A DNA stretch of 64,000 nt. Source: Trichosphaerium sp. ATCC 40318 (lineage: Eukaryota > Protista > Tubulinea). The translations under genes were made by a program, and so were the position numbers. The notes beneath the pieces are model-generated. The model was given only the letters and a program-made list of their open reading frames with translations. It made no database searches and was not told the origin of the DNA. Location: contig JALMLS010000122.1 in NCBI GenBank assembly GCA_038496445.1, forward strand, positions 78,108 to 142,107, given 5' to 3'. Below are positions 38,769 through 48,446 of this stretch, piece by piece; the first letter of the stretch is position 1, and each line of letters starts with the position of its first letter.

Positions 38769-41648
38769 ATGGCAAACACAGACCAGTTCGCGTATGACCC
38801 AAACGATTTATACGAGGACATCGTTAAACAACAGCCAGAATACCTCAATCAGTCTGGAAACACGTTACAATACGACCCTCAGGAATTTCAAGAAGGTGGC
38901 CTTTTTGACGAGGGACAACCATTAGGCGATCTAGCGTATGATGTCTCAACGCCTGCGTACCCTTCAAGTATACAAGGTACTGATCAGCTTATTGGCGCTG
39001 ATGCAGGGACTTATGGCCAAGAGCCTTTCTATAACCAACCGCTCACCTATGGACAACCTATGGGGCACCAACAACAACAAATACACCAAACTCAGCCTCA
39101 AACACAGCCTTTTGGGCAAAACAACTTTCAACAACAAGTGCAAACGCCAACGAAAGTGATAAAAACAGTACCAACGAACAATGCAATGTTACCTGCAAAG
39201 CAAGCGGAGGTTGTAATGTTTCCGTTTAACACTACTGGTGATCTTGATGGCAAAGCAATTTACACAGAAGTACAGCCGGAAACAGCAATTGTAGCGCCTC
39301 AAGTGTCTCAGTTATTATCACAGAAGCGCTATCAAATTGAACGATACATTATAACGGCCCTTACACAAATGAAGGTTTCTATCGCGCAACTAACTACCCC
39401 TGTGCCTGTAGCACATTACCAAGGATTATGCGCCAGACAAACACAACTACAGAATGAAATACAAAGGCTAAAAGTAGAAATACAAGCTCTGGAGGAGAAA
39501 TTCCTTCTAGACCCTCCGTACGTTATTGTTTTTACCGATTACCAAAACTAGAACTGACACAAACGCACGCAGAAATTTTAAACTTCTATTACGGCTTAAA
39601 TCAAGTCTATTGCTTCATGACGCTCAATTACAACTATATATGCACGAATTGAATCAATTAACCGGAAATGATCAATTTTGCAGGTACCGTATTGTTTTAA
39701 ACGTAAAACCTGTCTAATATTATTATTTATTAGCGTATTGGCGTCTTTGTTTATTGTAGACCAACCATTTCCATGTACAGTGAAAAAGGGCAAACCAGTA
39801 GGACCAATAGAATTACATTTGCTCACGGGCGCACGAACGCGTCTAGAGATTGTAACACCATGCACAGCAGAACTTCTTCAAGGTACGTAAACCAAAAAAC
39901 CTCGCGAGCGTTTTCAAAGTACAATCAACTCTATGGCCTTGTTATTGAACATGACGCTATTATTGCGCTCTTGCTGTTGGAATTAAGCATTATTAATAAT
40001 GTTTACAAAGGATCCAACCTCAGACAACGACGAGGGAAGAAGACAGAGATGAATCATATATCAGAGAACTTTGTAAACAATGTAGCGCGATTTACAAGGC
40101 TGGTGAGTCCTTACTCTCTTTTTTTTTTCTTTTCCCGTTTCAAAGAAGCCAAAACGTTGGTTTTCTCATCTTGATTTTCGTTTTGACTTGTTGTATAGAC
40201 GTTTACAAATGGTTCAAATATGAATACAGTCAATATAAAGTTTAGAGTAACAGTTAAGGCTATTGTAAATGGTAGAGAGATGAATCAAAGCTTGGTATGA
40301 CAAAACTTGCACATAAAAAAAAAAGCGCCAGCACGAAATTTCTTGTTAGGTATTTTAGCTTATTCTGGCGTAGGAGAGTAGTATGAGTAAACCAGTCATT
40401 GTTTTGACGCATAATGATCAGTATCATGTTGCAGTTGGAACTCTCTTGGGTCTTCAAATGTTCAAGGGAATAAATGGTAGAAAAAAAAGCAAGACTGATC
40501 CTCGTTATTAATGTTTTGGTTTAGGTCCAAAGTTGGAAATTCCTTTGAACCAATTTTGTAACTACTTACAATGTGCATATATGGAAGCAACGCAGCAAGC
40601 ATCTGATAGAAATCTTCGACCTCTATGGCGGTCAGATTTACAGTATTTGTATGTCTTTGAATGATTGTTTTTGTTTTCGATTTGAAGCTTCTTTTATTTA
40701 TTCCTATTTGTCTTTTCTTACAATATATAGGTGTGCAACTCGGTTGAATAAGGATCTAGAGAATACAGCCGCTTGTATTATCCGTGAGGAATTTATTGAA
40801 TTTTGGAGTTGGTTTGGTCCTTTTCTTCAAAAACTTCGATACCAGAAGCATTTACAACCTATGTGGCTTCAAGGCTATGTATGGGGATTGCTTACAAAGG
40901 CACGGATAAAGTTTGAAACGATTTTACATTAGACTGTTGTGACTTTATTCATTTTCTTCTAATTGTTGTTTTTAGAGTGAAGCAGAGTGTTTATTGTTAG
41001 ATCAGCCTATGGGATCTTTTCTTGTTCGTTTTTCTGATAGTAGAAAAGGTGGTATTGCAGTAGCATATCGATGGGGGTACGTGCTGATGTTTTTTTTTTT
41101 TTGATTTTTTTTTTTTTGTTGAAATGCCAACTGCTATCATGAGGGCTACCATGCCGCTTGTATTGATGGATTGTCAAATTTTTTGCAGATCTTTTTTTGA
41201 TCGTTTTTAGGGAAAGTGGTAAAAAAGCAGTAAGGCACTATATGCTACGACCGTCGGACACATCAGAAGGACAGACTTTTCCAGAATTTCTTAAAAACTC
41301 ATCGACGTTTGTGCGGTTAATTCAAATACAACATAAGCGAGGTTACAAACAAGCACTTCTACGTAATAAAGATAATGCATTGATAAGGTGGTATAGAAAA
41401 AAGCAGGATGAAGTGAGCATCTCTGGTACGTAATAGTGAAAGCGTTCTCTTAGCTTTTTTATTCTTTTGAGTTGTGTTTTTACTGATATTTTCTTTCAAG
41501 GCTATGACAGGGAGCTTCTAGCGCTTGAAACACGGGTGAAGGGTATAGCATTTCATACACCACCTACTTCTCCAGATACGACTACTGGTATGGTGAGTAG
41601 TTGTTTGAACTTTTCTTTTACTGACTTTTTTTTTTGCTTTAGATGTAA
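38769..41648 (+). CDS. STAT transcription factor (Dictyostelium-type)
   Basis: Q-rich N-terminus, coiled coil, ASLFIVDQPFPCTVKKGK, FTNGSNMNTVNIKFRV, FIEFWSWFG...LRYQKHLQPMWLQGYVWG, SH2 GSFLVRFSDS, and C-terminal SGYDREL as candidate phospho-Tyr. Confidence 0.9.
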
Positions 41649-41894
41649 TGTGATGTTTGTTTTTTTAAAGAACGACGTTTATGAAACATACCAGTTTGTG
41701 TGGTTTTTTTTGAAAAAAGGTTGTAAATTTCTTTTGTACATAGCAAAAAACAACAACAGGAAGAAAAAGCAAAAAAGAAAAAAAAAAGAAGAAAATAAAT
41801 CAAAAAGTTTTTCATTCAAACTTTTATTTGTACAAATTACTAGCACATAAACTAGAAGTTAAAAAGTGGTCAGCTAAGGGAAAAGAGCCAGTAT

Positions 41895-42043
41895 GTTTAT
41901 GCTATTGACATCAGTTACACTTCAGTAACTGCTGAAGGCGTCAAAAAGCTTGTGGGAGCAAAGACAATTTTTGTTTATGACAGTTATAAAAACAATGTTG
42001 CTAAACTTTAAAGGGGACTACAGTGTACACTGGCTACTTTTAA
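41895..42043 (+). pseudogene. 3'-terminal fragment of the F-box-LRR family
   Basis: VYAIDISYTSVTAEGVKKLVGAKTIFVY, then a frameshifted LKGTTVYTGYF* that resembles the LNGTCVYTF* end of 46925-47692. Confidence 0.75.
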
Positions 42044-42184
42044 GCATAAAATACAAATACTACAACAAAGAATGACAAGAGGAGCGAAATGAAGTAACAC
42101 GTGATTGTAGTAACAATTACAATTATTTATTATTTTAGAAGACTGAGGTAATCTTTTGTAACAACAAGAACCCAAAAACAGTAT

Positions 42185-42833
42185 TCAATGTTCTGGTCTA
42201 GTATTCTCAATAAGTATAACTTCTGGCTCTTTGTTGTTTTCTGTCCAATCAGGCTCAGAAATCTTGTTTATTTTTTGTATTTTGCTTCGCAATCTATTGA
42301 CTTCTACTTCTAGAGCTTCTGCTTTTCTTTTTCTTCCTCTTTCAATTTCTAGTTCCGTCTCTAGCTCTACAATACGTGCTGCCATCTTTTTCATTACTGT
42401 AGTTACTAATGCCTAATGGTACGGGTGAGAAAAATGGTCTAGAAGTAGAACAAAATCCACCGTTTAAAAGATTGCGGTTTTCGTTTTTTTGTAGAGTTGT
42501 CCGTTTGGCTTTAAAAAACCTTTTGCATCGTCCATAAGCGCAGACCGTATCCATCGCAGAGTTTGCTAGTTATTTAAAGCCGAAAAGAAACAAAACAAGA
42601 TAAAAACCTAGCTGAGGTACTTTTTAGTTCGTTTTCTGTCCATTCGCGCCGGCCGAACCCATCGCAGAGAAAAAACAAACCGTTGGTACCAAAACTGCTT
42701 TTATACGTACTTCTAATGGTTCTAAAGCCTTATCGAACGCGGGATTAACTTCTGAAGCGTATTTCTTCAAGATTTTGTCCGCTTTCTTCGCTTGCGACAC
42801 GCCTCTCCCTCGCGGTGAGTTTTGGGTAGCCAT
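42185..42833 (-). CDS. Small basic coiled-coil protein, 2 exons
   Basis: MATQNSPRGRG...ALEPLE|gtacgt...ag|ALVTTVMKKMAARIVELETELEIERGRKRKAE... joins in frame. Confidence 0.55.
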
Positions 42834-43249
42834 AGCACCGTTCTTGTTTTAAAAGGCTGGTAAAATGAGCAAACGGCGGACTTAACGTATAATATCACTT
42901 CTACTTCGTTTTTCTTGCTTAATGGTGCAAAATCTAGCTGTGTTGCGCATAATTTTTCGAACTTTTCTTACAGACTTAAACCTGGCTGTGATAGCACTGA
43001 CTTAATTGGTAAAGTGCCAAAAAAAAAAGTGTCACCAAGTACTACCAAGGAGGATGACACAACCAATGTTAGAACTATTGGTACGGAATGATTTGTATTT
43101 TTTATTCCGAATAAAATTGAATAGTGTTCAACACATTTACTGCTGTAACATCTTTAGTCAAATGAGAAGCAACAGCTTTGCTAGTGGCTGAGGAAATACT
43201 TTTCAACCTAGGTAAATAATAAGGCTTATTCTATAGCCAAGACTTCTTG

Positions 43250-44472
43250 AGGTTAAAGAAAAAGACGGATTGCAAACAAGGAAATAAAACCAAAAATTCG
43301 CCTTGTTGTGATCTCCTTGTGAAACCTAAGCTGGGTGTTTTAGGACGTACATTTGTCGCTGTGTGTCTGATAAAGAACTTAAAGGTCCATTTGGTGCGGT
43401 AGGACTGCAAATAGATTGAAAAGCTGCATTGATTTCTTGTTCGATTGTTCCTACCATCTCAACTTTAGCTTTTGTAATTGCATCCTAGAAAAACCAATGC
43501 TTAGAATAACATAATGATCAATACTAGTCATACTATTAAAGCAACGAGTGTATGTCCAATATGATCTGGAGAGCTACGTCGTGGTGGTAAGGACAAAATG
43601 CAACAAAAAGCGAAAAAAAAGTGATAAAAATTTCAAACGACAACGCACGTGACAGGCTCTGATACACATTTTTCTAGTTCAGAGCATAGAGAAATTATAT
43701 TATTAAGGATTGACATACGTAATAAATGATCTACATACGATGAGTACTTGGAATAAAAAAAAAGTGAAAATAAAAAAACATAGAATGACAATTGACAAGT
43801 TTTTGCTTACCATCATGACCATTTCCTTTAAATTTTTTACCACATACACGTTTCCCTGTCCTAGGGAATAGTGATGCTAGACCAGATTTCTCTACACAGG
43901 CCTTTGGTATATTAATAAGTCACATTGAAGTAGATCGTGATTTCTATTGCTAATTTCCAGCGTACTTTCAAAGGTTTTGTATTTAATTTGCTTCCCAAGC
44001 GTTTTATTAATGTATAAGAAGGAACACGCAATGGATCTGTTATTCTTTGTTAGTAACCAAAAGCAATCAATATGTTTATGGTCTACAGCCATTTTACACG
44101 CGTTTCATACCTTTGACGAACTCCTCTTCGCGGTTTAAGCCTTTTAAAAATTTTCTCTAATAAAAAGCGTTAAATTATTACTGTAGCACATACTTACGTA
44201 TCTGACATCCTTTGAGAGCATGCCAGCGTACAGAGTACACTGTGTCATTAATTTTATAGCATTGTGGCTTTTAGAAAGATACAAGGGTTCTCCCAAGCGC
44301 ACTGTCAAGCCTACAATGCTGTTTCACTAAAACAACTTTTAACTGAGATAGTCGTACATCCTGGTTGCGAATTGCTGTTTATTGTCACCAATGGAGGACC
44401 ATTCATTGTGTAAAGCACTTGCCACAACAGAACAAGGCGCTTAATAGCAAAACGAGTCTCACTTAGCTCCAT
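43250..44472 (-). other. Unassigned exon-like segments (hypothetical gene or pseudogene)
   Basis: Several GT-AG-bounded open segments, but no clean full model or recognisable motif. Confidence 0.25.
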
Positions 44473-44510
44473 GAGTACAATAATTCTGTAAAGACCACTC
44501 CTACGCGTCT

Positions 44511-46768
44511 ATGGCATCAGTAACGGTATGCTTTATTAAACGTCAAACTCAGCGATACTAATTATCACAGACGTGCTTGGTAGCGTTCATTGCAATATTT
44601 ATCGCATTGGTATACGTCGCACTGTATACTGACGAAGAAGCAAACAAATCCACTCCTTTGACGCCTATTATCATCAAGCCATCATCAAACTTGGATGAAT
44701 ACGCCATTAACCGACGCCCTGTTGTTTTACGTAACAGCCTAGTTAAGAAATGGAGTGCGTTAGATTTGTGGTCTCTAGAATACTTGAAACAAAGGCTTCC
44801 GACAACGGTACGCATTGCATGTCACTTTTGACACCCCAATTTCTGGAATGAAGTAAAATAATCAACTGTTACAGATAAAAAAAGTAAAAGTTAGTGAACA
44901 GCGATTTTTTGCTAACTATGCAACTCAAAAAGATCATCCTATCCGTGGTATTATTTACGAGTGTCTTGTGTATACAAACATTAATTATTTAAGGGTATGA
45001 TGATCCAGTGACACCTGTAAAATACGATGGAGAATTTGAGCTGGATTCCTTTGTTGATGATGATTTATACAGGTCATTTGTTCGCGTATTTTGCACTATG
45101 AGCTACTAACACATAACTCAGATATACCACACATCCTCTTAGATCGATATCACCATCATTAGAGGTTTGTTATTTAGCGTAGGGTTTCGTAATCAAAGTT
45201 TGTTTTTTTAATACTTTTATCAAGGTTGATGTGATGCCTGCTGGAGGGTTGTTTTCAAGTGCTTGTGGATCATCAACACGAAAAGCGAGGATGCTTATAA
45301 TAAGCTCATCTGTACGCTTTGATTGTCGTTCGTCGTGATTGTTGTTATCCTGTCTAAGAACCTCAAACAAAGGGAGTAGTTACAACACCACATTATGATT
45401 TGGCAGAGAATTTTTTTGTACAAATTGTCGGTGTTAAAAATATCAAGCTTTGGCCTCCTTCTTTTGCTGAAAAATTCCACGTGTTCCCTGCTTTACATCC
45501 ACATCATAGACAAGGGCAGATATATAATCTAAAAAACGTCAACAAAACCTTGTTTCCGGAATTTAAAGGTACTTGGTATTGTTGTATCCAATATCTTTCT
45601 CATTTAATGCAGATGAAGCTCCATTCATAGCAAGGCTTTTACCAGGAGATATACTATTCATACCACCACACTGGGTATGTTCCAACCTTATTTAGGACTC
45701 AACGTTTACAGAGGCTGTACAAGGCGTTTCAACATTTGCGTTTCATTTTTCTTCTCTATCACGTGATATCTGTTGTGTTTTTTTCTAATGACCTATTATC
45801 AAGGTACATGAAGTTGAAACTAAAACGTTCTCAGTATCTTTATCGCACACGTGTGAAAGTGAAGGTACATTTTCATAGTGTATTCTTCTTTTTATGGCCT
45901 TTTTGCTTGTACAAAGCTTATGTCTCAAACGTTTTCTTTTACAGTAACTTTTTGTACCTGTACCATAAGCCCTACCTAGCTCACCTTCATAACTAATCTG
46001 AAATGTTTGATATAGAGTACAGAATCTTTGAAAAATCGTTTGTATCATTACCTTTGAGTGGTATAAGTGATTCAGTAAAGCAACAAGTAATTGCTACATA
46101 TCTATTTGCATTGATTGAAAGAGGTATTGTCAATGCTCTTCTAAGCTTTGTTACCCTTTTGTGTAACTTTGCTTTATTGCTTTAAACTCATTGCATGTAG
46201 TTGTTGGTGAGGGTTCTTCAAGTAATTTCTTTGGGCATCTCTACAACCAACGTTATGCGCCTCTATTTGGAGAAAATCCAGGCAAAAGGTAAAAGTGGTT
46301 ACAGTTTTTCTTTGTTGGTTTTTTGGTCAAATACTACTTGTGTTTAAATACCAACAACTTGATTCAATACCACACATAATATAGTGTGTTTTATTCTGTA
46401 TAATTGACCTCAGTCACAGTGTAAAGTGCTGTTGTTTTAGCATACTTTTTCTGGAGTGTTTTTATGTTTTTTTTCGTTTGGCTAACAAGTTGCTTATAAA
46501 TACTCGTGTAGGTCTATTGCACTTTTATCTATGGAAGATATTAAACACCTACATAGTGCTATTGAAACACACAAATCACTATGGGAGCATGTTAATACAG
46601 ACATTAGAAAGTATGTGCACAACTGTTTGTTTTTGTTACTGTTCTATTTCATTAACTTTTTTCAGTACTTTGCTTGGTATCTATGTTGAAAAAATATCTT
46701 TATGGGCATGTAATGATGAATGGGAAGATGTACCACTGTTCATTGCATCTCTATCACGTGTAAACTAG
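44511..46768 (+). CDS. JmjC (cupin-8 type) Fe(II)/2-oxoglutarate oxygenase with N-terminal signal anchor
   Basis: TM VAFIAIFIALVYVALY; RRPVVLRN...W.ALDLWSLEYL; TTPHYDLAENFFVQIVGVKNIKLWPP (HxD); LLPGDILFIPPHW|VHEVET (distal His). Confidence 0.88.
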
Positions 46769-46924
46769 ACAACAAAAATAAAAAAAAACCATCCTAATTT
46801 AATTACCTGCAGTACTTCAATTGACGAATGATTGTTTTATTGTCTTTATCTTCTTTGCAAGTTATACAGCTATTACATACTATTACGTGTTGAATATAGG
46901 ACGCCCAATACTTAGTACTCTTGG

Positions 46925-47692
46925 CTAAAAGGTATACACGCAAGTCCCATTCAAAATTGTAAACCATTCCCCTGTAACATTAGTGGTATGTGCATAAATA
47001 GTGTATGTTGGTGCACCAACAAGTACTTTTATGCCTACATCAGTTATTGAAGTGTTATTAAGGCTTATGGTATGAACTCTGGTGAGTGCTTTAAGACCTT
47101 CATCAGTAACTGAAGTGTGATCAAGGTAAATCTCATTAACTCCAGCAAGTGCTTTAATACCTTCGTTGGTTACTGCAGTATTGCTGAGGTATATAGCATG
47201 AACCCCTTTAAGTGCTTTAATACCTTCATCAGTTACCAAAGTGCTGCAGAGGCCAATAGTATGAACTCCAGCAAGTGCTTTAACACCTTCATCAGTTACT
47301 GAAGTGTTAGCAAGGTGAATCTCATGAACTCCAGCAAGTGCTTTAACACCTTCATCTGTCACTGTAGTATTAGAAAGGTAAATCGTGTGAACACCAGCAA
47401 ATAGTTTGATAATGTTATCGTCGAAACGACGTCCTTTAAACGTGATTTTTGTGTATTTAAGAATACCAGCATATTTCGCAGCTGATTTTGCCTGAACTGG
47501 TGTATTAATTGTAATGGCGTGATATCCAATAATATCGTGAATGATAGAAGCAAACAAATAACAAGTCTGACAAGCTGCAAATCGTGATTTGGTCGTTTGA
47601 CGCAAGATGTGCGCTAACATCTCTGTAGGTAGCTGTAACAAACTCGTACTGGTGGTGTCAATTTTAGAACGTTTTGAGGTGGAAAGCATCAT
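46925..47692 (-). CDS. Intronless F-box + LRR protein (255 aa, ~7 repeats of 21 aa)
   Basis: LLQLPTEMLAHIL...CQTCYLFASII F-box; 63-bp tandem units encoding LAGVHxIxLxxTxVTDEGxKA. Confidence 0.92.
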   Translation of the reverse strand: MMLSTSKRSKIDTTSTSLLQLPTEMLAHILRQTTKSRFAACQTCYLFASIIHDIIGYHAITINTPVQAKSAAKYAGILKYTKITFKGRRFDDNIIKLFAGVHTIYLSNTTVTDEGVKALAGVHEIHLANTSVTDEGVKALAGVHTIGLCSTLVTDEGIKALKGVHAIYLSNTAVTNEGIKALAGVNEIYLDHTSVTDEGLKALTRVHTISLNNTSITDVGIKVLVGAPTYTIYAHTTNVTGEWFTILNGTCVYTF

Positions 47693-47748
47693 GTGGTAAT
47701 TTCAAAGCGATTTCTGTTAAGTTTTTGTAGTTTTAATTAACTATTGTA

Positions 47749-47894
47749 GACGGCAGTCAAGTTATTAATAACTATCAAGTCAACCTGCACTTTTCTTGCT
47801 GAACAAAACGTCTTAACTGAACATTATTGCGTAATTGCAAAGTCTGGTCAAAGTAAATAATAATTAATAATCTATTGATAACTTGACTGCTGTC
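47749..47894 (+). repeat. Inverted repeat forming a fully paired 22-bp RNA stem (two G-U pairs)
   Basis: GACGGCAGTCAAGTTATTAATA (47749-47770) pairs with TATTGATAACTTGACTGCTGTC (47873-47894). Confidence 0.85.
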
Positions 47895-48446
47895 GATAAT
47901 AACAATCAAGCAATTGTACTAAGCTGAAGAAATTTCTTGACATATTCGCTTATCCAGATTTCAATAGATTGCAGCCACTATTGGCAAAAAAAGAACTGTT
48001 TTTGTCTGTAAAGTTGCACAAAAGCTCATAAAAAAATTCTAATTAGTTCTATCACGTGATCCTCTTGAAATATAACTTGCCAACCAAATTCGCGAAATGT
48101 AGTGCAAACCCTTAGTTGTGCACATGGCAAAATGAAATTTGTCAATGTGTAACCTGGAGATAATGTGACAAGGTTATGAACATAATACTTGAGAGTGAAC
48201 AAGGGAATATGTGACATAGATGTTTAAGTACACGATATTTTCTGCATAATCTTGAAGATATTGCCTTGTATCCATACAACTGTTATGTTATATCTCTCAA
48301 AAATTGTAGTACGCGAGCATACTTAGGGATGTATATCTGTGTTTTGTCCTTCACATTCACAGTACAACTGGTTTTTGTGTACAACCTTTTTTTTTTTATT
48401 CTATTTTCTTTTTTTTTTTTCATTATGTTACATTCTTCTTATTCTT

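Noticed and set aside
46980-47410. CRISPR-like repeat/spacer periodicity
   Set aside because: These are 63-bp in-frame coding LRR units, not repeat-spacer arrays.
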